A DNA stretch of 64,000 nt from Octopus vulgaris (GCA_951406725.2 OX597815.1:32550001-32614000); one strand, 5' to 3'. Positions 13,321-25,643 are shown, counted from the stretch's first letter. The notes: generated from the sequence alone by a model not told the origin. A program made the numbers and translations.

Positions 13321-13469
13321 GTATGTTGATTTTCTTTGTGTCCAACAAGCGATGTGTCCAGACTCCTAACATGGGGAGAGTCTCATAATGATTGGGTTAT
13401 GTGAAGAAGGTTAGATTAATTTGATGCATTTGATATGTACCTGAATATCTGGGGAATTATTTAAGAGTG

Positions 13470-13800
13470 GTGAAAGCACAAAGCTCTGGTTAGAACATTG
13501 GGCTCACAATAATGAGGTAGTGAGTTTGATGCCTGGACCGGGTTGTGTGTTGTATCCTTGAGCAAGACACTTTATTTCACATTGCTCCAGTTCACTCAGC
13601 TGCAGAAATGAATTGCAACATCACTGGTGCTAAGCTGTATTGGCCTTTGCCTTTCCCTTGGATAACATCAGTGATTTGGAGAGGGGAGGTTGGTATGCAT
13701 GGGTGACTGCTGGTTTCCATAAACAACCTTGTTTGGACTTGTGTCTTGGAATGAAAATTTCTAGGTGCAATCCTACAGCCATTCATAACTGAAGGGAGTC
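13470..13800 (+). mobile_element. tRNA-derived SINE family C
   Basis: ttgagcaagacactttatttcac core; homologous to 15954-16265 and 35675-36010. Confidence 0.8.
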
Positions 13801-14770
13801 TTTGCCTTTTATTTAAAAGTGGTGGAGAAAGCCAAAGAAACATCTGGATTTTTGTAGATGTAGACTGAGTAGGCAGGTATAAAAATGGCTGGATGTATTT
13901 GGTTGATAAGAAAGAAGGGAAGTGTGAGTATTGGAGTTAGAGATCTAGTTTAATTAACACATGTTGGAGCTCTTTATGAAAGAACTTTAATAATAATTCG
14001 TTTCAATAATAAAAGTTCTTCAGAATACTATAAGAGGGCATTCATTATTAAAAAACAGGGTCCTTCTGTTATAATTAAGGCTGTTTCATTGGAATATAAA
14101 TTGAATATTCGTAGGCTATGTCTCTCTAGTCTTATTTTTATATGGCAGTAAGGATGGTTTAAAAAAATAGAAAGTAGTTTCATTTCTCTACACAAACTGT
14201 TACTATGCCTTTCATTCTTCTGTTAACATCAATACTGGTTGTAGTTTCAGAATCACCAAAATTGAAGGATGTGATGCCACATATTTTGACTCACAAGCAC
14301 CAGCTAGTTATGAGCAGAAGTTGCTGTTGCAGCTTAAGTATGCTGATTGCAGTATGATAAGCGCATTGCATCCAGTGCATCGGCCAACTATATCTTATGA
14401 CCAGAATGCATGAGGCATAACCAGCCGTGCAGATACCAGCAGCAAGTGGCTACAATACTGGTGGCTACCAAATGCTGAGACCCAGGTGCAACCTGCAATT
14501 ACTGATTTAGTTGTAACCTTCTTCATGTAGTATTAATTTCAGTATGAAAGAAATTATGTGTACATGTTTGCGTTAATATGTACGCTAGCTTTGGTTTATG
14601 AATATTTGATTGTATAATGATGAATGTACACACTAATGCAAATATGTGTGCAAAATTTCTCCAATGCTGAAATTAATACTACATGAAGAATGTTGTGAAA
14701 TAGGTGTAGCCCTATGGAAGTCATCTGGTTAAATAAATATATGTTCATTTCCCATACCACTTCACTTAAT

Positions 14771-14817
<47 letters not shown>

Positions 14818-15117
14818 CAAATAAGAAAACGGAGAACAATAGGTGGTTCATCAACTTTTGGACATTAAAATGTTAACTTATTTATTTATTAAACTTATAA
14901 TTATAATAACATAAAGCATATTATTCTTTACATATAAGATATAAGATATAGTAATATATAAGGATATCAGTTATTATTATGAAAAAACATGAATATAAAT
15001 TGGTAAAATAACTTACAGCTGTTTCAGCCAATAGATAAAAAATACCTCATTCTACCTATATTACTCAAGTGGATTGAGGTAATAGGTAGATGAACATGAG
15101 GTACTCGTATATATCTC

Positions 15118-15152
<35 letters not shown>

Positions 15153-15542
15153 TGTGGGGAGAGTTTACGAAAAAAACAAAAGACGAAGACAGGTGGTGTA
15201 CAAAACAAACAGATGTATTAGTATAACGCTCAGGAATAGAAAAAGTCTTTACGTTTCAAGCCTACGCTCTTCTATAGAAAGGGACACATAAAAAACAAGG
15301 AGAGAAAAAAATGTGTGTAGTGGCTAATGATCTATCATGTGTGTGTGTGGGGGCATGTGTGTGTATGTATATATGTATGAATATATATGAATGTATGTAT
15401 ATATATGTATGTTTATATATATATGTATGTTTATATATATATGTATATATATGTATGTATATATATATATATATATATATATTGTACAAAATGGCTGACG
15501 GTTAGTAAGGAGAGACACACAAATAAGAAAGAAGAAAGCAAA

Positions 15543-15587
15543 GGACCACTGATGCGGTCACAGGAGTGTGACGAAAGAACTCTGGCC
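15543..15587 (+). ncRNA. decayed minimal hammerhead motif (Penelope pLTR type)
   Basis: GGACCA-CTGATGC-G-GTCACA ggag TGTGAC-GAAA-GAA-CTC-TGGCC; A9 is C, so probably inactive. Confidence 0.55.
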
Positions 15588-15906
15588 GAAATAAGATTAA
15601 GATTAATGTAAAAAATAAATAACAATGAAGCAAAGTAACACCAAATATATATAGTGCGTGTGTTTTTATTGGCTAAACTAGGTAAATGACCATTCCGAAA
15701 TACAATATGTATATATATATTTATGTATGTATATATATATATATATTTTTATATATATATATATATATTTTTTTTTATATGTATATATATATTTACATAT
15801 GTATATATACATATATGTATATTTGTATATGTATATATGTATATATATATATTATATATATATATAAATATACATATATGTATATATACAGATATAAATA
15901 TGTATA

Positions 15907-15953
<47 letters not shown>

Positions 15954-15955
<2 letters not shown>

Positions 15956-16265
15956 GAAAGCACATGGCTCAGTGGTTAGAGTGTCAAGCTTATGACCGTG
16001 AGGTTGTGAGTTTGAATCCTGAGCCAGGCTTCATGTTGTGTTCTTGAGCTAGACACTTTATTTCATCTTGCTCCAGTTCATTCATCTGTGCCAAGCTGCA
16101 TCGGCCTTCGCCTTTTCCTTGGATAACACTGGTGGCTTGGAGAGGAGAGGCCCGATATGCATGGGCGACTGCTGGTCTTCCATAAACAACCTTGCCCGGA
16201 CATGTGCCTTTGAGGGTAACTTTCTATGTGCAGTCTCATGGCCAGTCATGACCGAAAGGGGTCTC
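15954..16265 (+). mobile_element. tRNA-derived SINE family C
   Basis: tggctcagtggttagag A-box, gtttgaatcc B-box. Confidence 0.85.
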
Positions 16266-16429
16266 AGCGATATATATATATATATATATATACACTTCAT
16301 TTGACATTCTTTTCTTCTCTGTAATTATTTTTATCTAAGGAGGCAGTTGACTATGGTGCTGCTACACCAGTCATTGGGTATGATTCCTTTGTGTATTACC
16401 TGGTTAACTTAAAGGGTCGTTAGACTATA

Positions 16430-16650
16430 ACTAACATCACCAGATATTTTAAGCATCTCATCAGTGATTCCTGATGGGCTGGGGGCTTTCTCTGTCTTCA
16501 TACCCTTAGTTGCTATATCTACCAGGGTACTGCCAATTCAGATAGCTGGTCCCTCTGTTGGGTCAACATTTGGTTAACTCTCCTTCTATTCATTCTCTTG
16601 AGCAGCCTTTCTTAGTGGTGTCTCTAAGTTTTCTGCTTTGCAGCATGAGA
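16430..16650 (-). mobile_element. RTE LINE fragment (start of RT)
   Basis: KTEKAPSPSGITDEMLK on the minus strand. Confidence 0.75.
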
Positions 16651-17051
16651 TATAATAAAGGTGCTTATTAAACAAAACTAGAGTTATTTGTAGATGGACT
16701 GGTCTACCATTCAGGGGTTAATATTAGCCTGTTTGCATTGCCAGTGGGGTGGCATCATTTGAAAGTTACAGCAATGAGGGTTGGCAACAAGAACCTGATC
16801 CATGTGTAAACGATGATAATGTTAAAATGATGATGATGTTCTGTTTGTATGCGGGGATGCTGGAAAGGTGTTAGCTTTAGGGGTCTCACAAAAATGTCTA
16901 GTTGGAGGCCTAACCTTCCAAGTTGTTTTACTGGGCTTAGAAAAACTGGAGGACCGTTGCTATAAGTGTGTAAATCTGAGAGGGAAATATGTCGAATAAA
17001 ATCATAATTAACTGATCCTCCTGTATTTTCTTGTACCTAAAGACACATAGA

Positions 17052-18082
17052 TCAGGTTCTTGTTGCCAACCCCCATTGCTGTAACTTTCGAAGGCTGTGC
17101 TTCACCACCTCATCCCATGTCTTCCTGGGTCTACCTCTTCCACAGGTTCCCTCCACTGTTAGGGTGTGACACTTCTTCACACAGCTGTCCTCATCCATAT
17201 GCATCACATGATGATACCAGTACAGTTGTGTCTCTTGCACACCACAATTGATGCTTCTTATGTCTAACTTTTCTCTAAGGGCACTTAGACTGTTGTGTAT
17301 GCACACTGACATTACACATCCAGCAGAACATAACCAGCTTCATTTCTTTCAAGCCTACACATGTCCTCAGCAGTCACAGCCCATGTTTCACTGCCATGTA
17401 GCATGGCTGTTCGCATACAGGCATCATACAGTCTACCTTTCAGTCTGAGCGAGAGTCCCTTTGTTGCCAGCAGAGGAAGGAGCTCTCTGAACTTGGCCAG
17501 GCTATTCCTATTCTAGCAGTTACGCTGTCAGAGCATTTACCCCTGCTACTGATGTGGTCATCTAGGTAATGGAAGCTATCAACTACTTCTAGTTTTTTCC
17601 TCTGGCAAGTGATGGAATCTGTTTTCTGTACATCTTCGGTGTTTATTGCACTTGTGTATCTGCCACATACCAAAACTATCTTCCAAGATAACCTTTCTTT
17701 GATATTGCTGCACTTCTAATGTGCCCATAGCTTACACCAGGTACATTTTATGGAGTTTCTACCTATGCCTTTTCTACAGATCGAGCAGGGCCATCTACCT
17801 GAAGGGACTTGCAATTTGTCTACCCTCCTACTTATTAAGACTTCGGTTTTTGCTAGGTTAACTCTAGGGCCCTTCAATTCTACACTTTGTTTTCACACCT
17901 GAAACTTCTTTTTCAGTTCTGGTAGTGACTCAACTATTAGAGCATAGAGATGCTTCCAGGGTAGCCTGTCTTGAATTCCTCTGTTATTGCCTGGAGGTCA
18001 ATGATGAACAATAGGAGGCTGAGGACTGATCCTTGGCAAACCCCCTACTTCAACCTGAAATTCTTTGCTATACTCATTGCCA
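17052..18082 (-). mobile_element. RTE LINE RT/C-terminal remnant
   Basis: VGVCQGSVLSLLLFII, VDSFHYLDD, GRGRPRKTWDEVV. Confidence 0.9.
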
Positions 18083-18129
18083 AAGGATTTTAAGTCTTTC
18101 AAGTCTCTTGACAATAAAAGACTTAAAAA

Positions 18130-18610
18130 CTTGTGCAAAGTCTGGAAAGTGAGACATGGTAGGGGGTAGATGAGAAGATGGATTACAGGAGTGGACCTGA
18201 TAAGAGAACATTTACCATTTAGGCCAGAAGATCAAGACCATTGTAGTATTGATAGAAGAGTGTGAGGTAAAAAACATTGTGTTTGTAATCTTATGGTTAA
18301 AGCATATTGGTAATTGAATCTCTAGCCTTCTTTTGATGTCTATAGTTTTGTAATGATTAGAGAGGATAACATGCAAAACTCAATCTTATATACCCCTAAT
18401 GGTTGAATCTTTAGGTTCTTTAAGGTTATTAGGTTGGTATGTCTCCCTATTAAAGGGTGTTTTCAAGGTTCTTGGAGGCTGTGTATTTCTGGCTAGAGGT
18501 GTTTAAGCTTTGTGTAGAAGGAATGAAGGGTAATATCAGCTATAAAGCAGTGCATGTTGTCAGAAGTGATAGCAAGTAGGTCGTTAATGTACAGAATTGA
18601 GAGTGTAACT
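18130..18610 (-). mobile_element. CR1/L2-group LINE remnant
   Basis: LSILYINDLLAITSDNMHCF and TLFYQYYNGL on the minus strand. Confidence 0.6.
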
Positions 18611-20490
18611 AGTAAGGATGGCATTAGTGATGGTAATATAGGTTGAGGGGATAGTATTGGATAGATGAAATAATGACTGGCTGTTGCAGTTTCTCTTCAA
18701 ATTATATCATTATTCATGAAGTATTATTTTCAAACTTGTATACTAGTTTTTTGTTTTTTTGAAAACTCATTAAATATTTCTTTTATTTCTCCAGCTGGTT
18801 TAGCAGGATTACAAAATTTTATAGGATAATTTATGTATATTGGAAAATCTTTTAAGCTTTGCATTTTTGTTGAAATTTTGGTTTAAACCTGTTAGTGAAT
18901 ATTGTTTTATATTGTAAGTCACTTGAAATAGCTGGCATTCAAATCAGCTAGTTCTGTTAGCTATTTCCACTTCCTTGAAAAGCAAGTGTACTTCATGTCC
19001 TACTCATCTAAAACAGTTAAGTTTTGAAACTATCCACTTATAATCTCTACAATTGACTGCATATAAACAGTATTCAATATCTGAAAGAAATCGCCCACAA
19101 TTAGCAACTGGTCAGTTCTCACTTATAATCGAAAACATTTGTGATGACGTGATATTGCTATTTGGATTTTATAAGATTATTTTCCTTTTGTCTGTTCATA
19201 ATATATTTTCATTGTGTTTATAAATGAACCCCTAGCCCTTACCTCATACATTCTGGTTGTTAAAGACAGCCAATTAATCGTGATCAATCCTATGCTGATG
19301 ATGGTAGAGAATATCATTCACATCTGATCATTCAGAGATTAGACTTCCAAAAGTTTAAAAGAAATCATTCTATTTCATTCTTTTCTTCTCTTCTATATAT
19401 TCCACATGCAGCCATTCACTTATAAAAAAAAAAAAGCTCTCTCAGGGGATTAATCAAAATATCTGCAGCTGCAAGTCAAACAAAACATGAAGAAATTGTT
19501 CCATGTTAATAATTTCTTTTACTGAAAAACCAGTCAATCCTTTTGCTACCATATTCTTTTGAAATATGTTGCCTTTGTTTCATTTAATTTTGAAAATATC
19601 AAAGAAAATTTTCAATTACTTTGTTCTTATTAAGCTGATATCTGGAAGAAATTAACATGAAATTTTGATGGGTAGTTTTCATTTAAATCATATTAACAAA
19701 TGAAGTTTGGATCATAGAACCAGAGGTATTCTCAGGTGGTTTGGTATCAAAAGGGTACTGACCCTCCCTGTTTTTTCTACCTGCTTTCTATCTCTCCAGT
19801 TGAGTGTTGTGATCATTTGCCAAACATAACTTAATTTCTTTGATGCATATTCCTGCTCTGATTTCTTAATAAGAATGGCTCTCTATTTTAAATTTAACAT
19901 ATACTATTTACATTTTACATTCACAACTAATATTAGGTGAGGACTAGCAACAAGAAGGGTATCCAGCCATAGAAAATTGGCCTCAACAAATTCTGTCTGA
20001 CTTACGCAAGTAGATGTTAGAATGGTGATGATGATGGTGATGATCATGATAATGACAGCTTACATATTATATTCTTTTACTGTGTAAAACATTTACAAAA
20101 GGAAAGCCATTGTACTAGATATTAGCAAAGTTTCTGTTATAGTTTAGTATAAAAGTCATTTTATTAAAGACATTACTTTTGAGCTATGCTTTAACATAGT
20201 TTTGCTGAGGTGCTGTATGTTGGTGTGTTGTGAAGTGAAGTAAAGACTAATGTATTACTAAGTGGAATTATTTATCAAAGAATAAGAATATTTTCTTTCA
20301 TTCTTGATGAAATTGCTCTACCTAATATTTTAGTTTCTCCTTCAGCTCTAAGGTATTCACACTGATTCTATTCTTGTTTCCAATCCAGCTCATAGCAAGC
20401 ATACCACCATTAACCTATTATTTCATGTAAATACCCTTATTTTCTTGGATTAGTGACTTGCTTCCTCACTGAAAACTTCATTGCAACATA

Positions 20491-20902
20491 CTCTTTTACT
20501 TTTACTTGTTTCAGTCATTTGACTGCGGCCATGCTGGAGCACCGCCTTTAATCAAGCAACTCAACCCTGGGACTTATTCTTTTGTAAGCCCAGTACTTAT
20601 TCTATCGGTCTCTTTTGTCCGAACCGCTAAGTGACGGGGACATAAACACACCAGCATCGGTTGTCAAGCAATGCTAAGGGGGACAAACACAGACACACAT
20701 ACACACACACATATATATATATATATACACACACATATATATGCGACGGGCTTCTTTTCAGTTTCCGTCTACCAAATCCACTCACAAGGCTTTGGTCGGC
20801 CCGAGGCTATAGTAGAAGACACTTGCCCAAGGTGCCACGCAGTGGGACTGAACCCGGAACCATGTGGCTGGTAAGCAAGCTACTTACCAACAGCCACTCC
20901 TG
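20491..20902 (-). mobile_element. tRNA-derived SINE family A, full length
   Basis: same family, CpGs retained. Confidence 0.9.
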
Positions 20903-21070
20903 ATTCTAATTTTATGTCATAACTCATTACCTTAAGCATTCTTCAAAAAAATCTAACATTTTTCTGATACTATTTCTCCTCTAAATAATTGCCATCATCT
21001 CTATCACTCCTAACTCTACATATTTTTATACTCTCCATTTTTCTTAATCTCCTTTTTCTTCTCATTCCAG

Positions 21071-21252
21071 CTTGAAGGAAGTTTGATGTTGGCAGGGATT
21101 GTTCACTTCCTTATAGGTGCTACTGGTGTTGTAGGAGTAATGATGAAGTTCATTGGACCAGTCACTATAATTCCAGCAATGTGTCTTGTTGGTATGGTCC
21201 TCTTTAAAGTAGCTACAAAATTCTCTGAATCACATTGGGGCATTGCATTATC
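21071..21252 (+). CDS. SLC23A: SLC23/NAT exon: LEGSLMLAGIVHFLIGATGVVGVMMKFIGPVTIIPAMCLVGMVLFKVATKFSESHWGIAL
   Basis: ttccAG/GTaagt, 182 bp; IGPvT..P and SHWGI motifs typical of SVCT/SLC23. Confidence 0.95.
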
Positions 21253-21778
21253 GTAAGTATCAAGCAACATTTAAGTATTCTATGTCAAAGTTATTCAAAA
21301 CCTTTTTACTTCTATATTACCTGGCTGTTATATCATGGCCATAATTCTTGGTAAGCTAAGCTTATTAATATAATTTCAAATCTTGAATAAAATTGCTTGA
21401 CTCATACTCTTGAAAAAAACGCATGAGCATTATAACTCTCATTTCTCTGATTCATTTCTTATGGCTGTACCTATATAAGAAATCCTATCATCTTCATCTT
21501 CTTGTACAAATCCAAGAGAGCAACGTGTCAAACTAAATGCAGTGCATTTAATCTAGTTATGAGTTCAATTCCTGCTAGGATCTACATTATCTTTCACTCT
21601 ATCAGAAGATATTGAAATAAGTAGCAAGAATATAGCAGATTATTTCAGTTGAATATATTCCTTCTTTGTGAAAATTAACTTTATGCCTGTCTAAGAATTC
21701 AGTAAAATCCATCATTAATAAGAAAAGGAAATGCATTCTTCAAAATGTACTCTTTCTCTCTCTCTCTCTCTCTTTCTC

Positions 21779-21815
<37 letters not shown>

Positions 21816-21989
21816 AAATATTAGGGAATAAATCCAAACTTACAGGGAAAAATCAGATTTAGGATTAAATCCAATTTTATAATATAAATATATTATATTA
21901 TATTATATTAAATTAGAGATATATGAGGAGTAAGAGTTGAATTATTCTTGCTTGAGATATTTGTAAAACTATCCTATTTTTACACATGA

Positions 21990-23230
21990 CCAGGTGTAAA
22001 CTCGCCCTCTACCTAGTTTTTGATTGAACTGATAAAGGCCTTTCACAGGTTTCTTTACTCTGTAGTTTGGTATTCACTAGAAGAAATTTGGGATAGATGT
22101 ATGGCTTGTGAGAGATATGCAACTCATGTACAGAGCTGTTGTCAGTAAAGTGCTTTGTATAAAAATAGGTATCATCTCAATAAAAACACATATTCAAAGA
22201 TAGAGCCATAAAACTGTAGAGACAAATCTGGAAATGCTGGAAATAAGGAGGAAGCAACCAACACTATCATATAGCTAGAAGAGAAGCTAGAAGCCAGGTG
22301 TAGTAAGTTAGGAAGAAACCAAAAGAAAGTAGATTATATATGTTCTGTGATGTGAGGTTCAAAGGCATGGTTTGCAAGGCATTGTACTTGAGAGAACTGA
22401 GTTGTCATTTGGGAGTGGCATGTATTGAATAATAAAGAAGTACTTACCCTCAGTGACAGTGAAGAGTCAGAAATGAGTGAGAAATTTTGAATGAAAAGAA
22501 TGTATGGGTGCACTTTGTGGGAATCAACCAATTATGACAATTGTGTGCTTGAAAGCGCCTTTAAAAATATGAAGGCAGAGTTAAGCTAGACTAACAAGTA
22601 TTGTCAAGGTCATATACTAATCACTCAGTAATGCAGATAGTACAAGGAAGAGTTGCACCTAATGACTGGCAGTGTAGTATCATCATCAATTGCAACAAGA
22701 GCAAAGAAAATCCTCGACGGACTGGAATTACAGTCATTAAATTGATGGATTAAGTTATAAAAGTTACTGAAAGAATTGCAGTGAGCCTTTTAGGAAGATA
22801 ATTAAAATACCACCACCACAACTGTCTTTTTAGTGAGTTAACTACAGAAGTTGCACATAACCAAGTGTAAAGTTCATCCTGAAACTAGTTTTTGTTTGAG
22901 CAGAAGAAAGCTTTTCACAGGTGTGTATGCTCTATAGTTTGGTGGTCACTAAAAGAAATTAAAGATAGATGAATGGCTTGTGAGAGTTATGCAACTCATG
23001 TACAGAGGGATTGCCAGTAGAGTGAAGGTTAACAATTTCAGTGAGGAATTTAGCTTGCAGGGCCATAATAGAGGAGTTTAAGTCCAGCTGTCCTTGGGAA
23101 TTTCTGAATATTGATGACTTAGTTCTCATAGATAATTTAGTAAGAGATTTAGAGAAGTAATCTTAACTTCAAAGCAAATCCTATTGCCAAGAGACTTGAA
23201 AGACTTAAAAGTTGTAATCAATAGGAAAGA
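21990..23230 (+). mobile_element. heavily decayed RTE LINE with a duplicated RT segment (about 22020-22150 and 22900-23030)
   Basis: two copies of the KAF.RV...VWWSL....DEWLVR.MQLMYR-coding stretch. Confidence 0.7.
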
Positions 23231-23413
23231 AAACAGAATGAAAAGTACAGTAGGATCACTATCTTTCTAGTTCTCATGCCATAGCAAAATGAACCCAGTG
23301 CACTCTGTAAAGTGGTTGCTGAATAAACAGAAACAATGTTGGATGAAAAGGACTCTTAGCTTTGCCGAGGACTGCCTTTCAAGTGGTAGGACACCAATAT
23401 TGTGAATACATTA

Positions 23414-23637
23414 AGGCAGTCAGCTGGCAGAAATGTTAGCATGCTGAGCAAAATACTTAGCGCTATTTTGTCTGCCATTATGTTCTCAGTTCAAATTCTG
23501 CCAAGGTCGATTTTGCCTTTCATCCTTTCAGGGTTGTTTAAATAAGTACCAGTTATGCACTGAGGTTGATGTAATCAACTTAATCCCTTTGTTTGACCCC
23601 TCTATGTTTAGCCCCCTGCGGGCAATAAAGAAATAGA
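23414..23637 (+). mobile_element. SINE family B (Nin/Deu-like central domain)
   Basis: gagctggcagaa head, gttcaaattc B-box, ttgcctttcatcctttc.gggt core; ATATTGTGAATA duplicated on both sides. Confidence 0.85.
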
Positions 23638-24044
23638 TATTGTGAATATATGAAACCTCATTGTTCATCATCATTGTTGTTCATCTGTCTTCATTTATAT
23701 ATATGTGTATGTTTATGAGGCATGTGAAGACTGGAGTTTTTGGCAGATTGCATGGAGTAAACCCTACAGTCAACAGGCCAAAGGGCAATATCCAGCAATG
23801 CCACTGTGGTATGCATCACCCAGAACACGGTCATTCCTCTGCATCCCTAATATAGTCCTAGCTGTCTTGACAGCAGGGATGAGAGAGTGAAGCTGGTCTT
23901 CTTGCGCAGCCACCATTTCCTTAGTTTCATTAGAAGTTATTGTATAGAGAAAAGTAGTTGTGAATCTTTGGTTACCTGTATGGCTGCATCCTCTGTTGTT
24001 GCAGTATAAGAAGTGGAATCTTAATCATCTTCAAAAATAAAGAT

Positions 24045-24370
24045 ATAATATTTATCCTCACTTAAACGTGAATATTCTGTTAGAATAAACTGTACTATGA
24101 TAGATGCCATGACAGAAATTTTCATCTTGGCATTTGGTACAAAAGCACATTTGCTTATATCACTAGTAGGAAGACAAATCCCTGCCATCTTCAGTGCAGT
24201 GACCACCAGATCACCTGATTTCAACCTTCCTTGGTCTCATCAATGATAGGCACTCGACTGCTAAGGATAGCAGTGACTTATCTCCCCACAAGTGATATAT
24301 AGAAACAGAGTGTCAAAATAGGTGCTAGTGTCACAATTAGCCAGTGAGCTTGTTAGAAAAATATGACATG
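24045..24370 (-). repeat. about 320-bp hammerhead-bearing dispersed repeat
   Basis: homologous to 3470-3790; its 140-bp core 24155-24294 is repeated at 24708-24847 (9 differences). Confidence 0.8.
24196..24258 (-). ncRNA. type I hammerhead ribozyme motif (family copy 1)
   Basis: minus strand CTATCA-TTGATGA-GACC aaggaa GGTT-GAAA-TCAGGTG-ATC-TGGTGG; distal stem I partly decayed. Confidence 0.75.
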
Positions 24371-24748
24371 TGAACAAGGTACCTGTCAACATCCTATTAC
24401 ATTCCTGAGTATCTTCTTTCACTTCTAAAATTATCCGTTTTATCCTCCAAAATATTAAATTTCTGCCATTCTCAGTTACATTTTGCCAAAACCTTCATTT
24501 TCATACTGCATTGTTTTGGAAGTTCCCACTCTGTTTTAATCTATTATTTGCATTCCTTACAAATAGTAAACTACAACAGACAAATCAAATATTAACCATT
24601 CCAAAGTAAAACACTAGTGATGGAGGAAAATAATTGTGATGTATCAGTACAAAGTGGAGATTGTATACTGAAAGGACCCTGACTTAAATATTAGAAATTA
24701 CGTTTCTTTATATCACTAGTGGGAAGACAAATCCCCGCAGTCTTCAGT

Positions 24749-24811
24749 GCCGAGACCACCAGATCACCTGATTTCAACCTTCCTTGGTCTCATCAATGAT
24801 AGGCGCTCGAC
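24749..24811 (-). ncRNA. extended type I hammerhead ribozyme motif (family copy 2, best preserved)
   Basis: minus strand GTCGAG-CGC-CTATCA-TTGATGA-GACC aaggaa GGTT-GAAA-TCAGGTG-ATC^TGGTGG-T-CTCGGC; all three stems pair, AUC triplet, U at core position 3. Confidence 0.8.
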
Positions 24812-25522
24812 TGCTAAAGATAACAGTGACTTATCTCCCCACAAGTGTTATTACTTTTTGTACATTACATGAATCTCACCCTACTATTCTGATCTCATCC
24901 TATCATTTAAGAGACTCCAAAAAAGAATATTAGCATTGTTTCTCTTCAGACTAACCAAAAACTATCTCTGTTATATGTTAATTTAGTGTAAATAAAAAAA
25001 AAAAAACCTAGCTACATTGTGTTATTGAACTACAAAGTTTTTTAGCATACTCTCTTTTACTCTTTTACTTGTTTCAGTCATTTGACTGTGGCCATGCTGG
25101 AGCACCGCCTTTAGCATGTTTCTTTCGTCTATAAATAATTTTAGCCGTCAAATTCAAACATTATCACCAATATGAATACAGTTTGTAAGCCTATTGTATT
25201 TATTTACCCACTTGTAAAAATGAGTGTAAATTAAAAATAACTTGCTTAAAATAAAAACTGCTGAAGTATTTTCTCACCTCTAGCTAATAATTTTCACCAA
25301 GCAGGCAGTAAATTAGCAATATTTTTTGAGCTTTAGAAAAAATTGCATTGTAGTATTCATTTCAGCTCTTTGCCTTTCATTTTTTGTGGGTTGATAAAAT
25401 AAAGTACCAGTCAAGTACTGGGGCCCTATGTAAGCCACTAACACCCTACCTCTCTTCCAATTTCTGGCCTTGTGCCTAAATTAGAAATAATTATCTTTTC
25501 TGTACATATTTTTTATTTCTAG

Positions 25523-25643
25523 AACTGCTGTTTTTGCTGGAATTTTATGTCTATACTGTGATAAGCTAAATTGCTATATACCCAGTTGGAATAAACAAAA
25601 ACACTGTCATCTCATGAACTATCCTTTACACAAAGTATTTGCA
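25523..25643 (+). CDS. SLC23A: SLC23/NAT exon: (S)TAVFAGILCLYCDKLNCYIPSWNKQKHCHLMNYPLHKVFA
   Basis: tttctAG/GTaagt, 121 bp, phase 2 in, phase 0 out, compatible with both neighbours. Confidence 0.92.

Noticed and set aside
14251-14413. Open frame after tttcAG
   Set aside because: No recognisable homology; ends in a stop within an intron
15960-16030. tRNA-like sequence (also other SINE heads)
   Set aside because: Continues into a SINE body; no intact cloverleaf
18795-18835. Strong-looking acceptor ttttatttctccAG
   Set aside because: Stop codon in the required phase and no good donor
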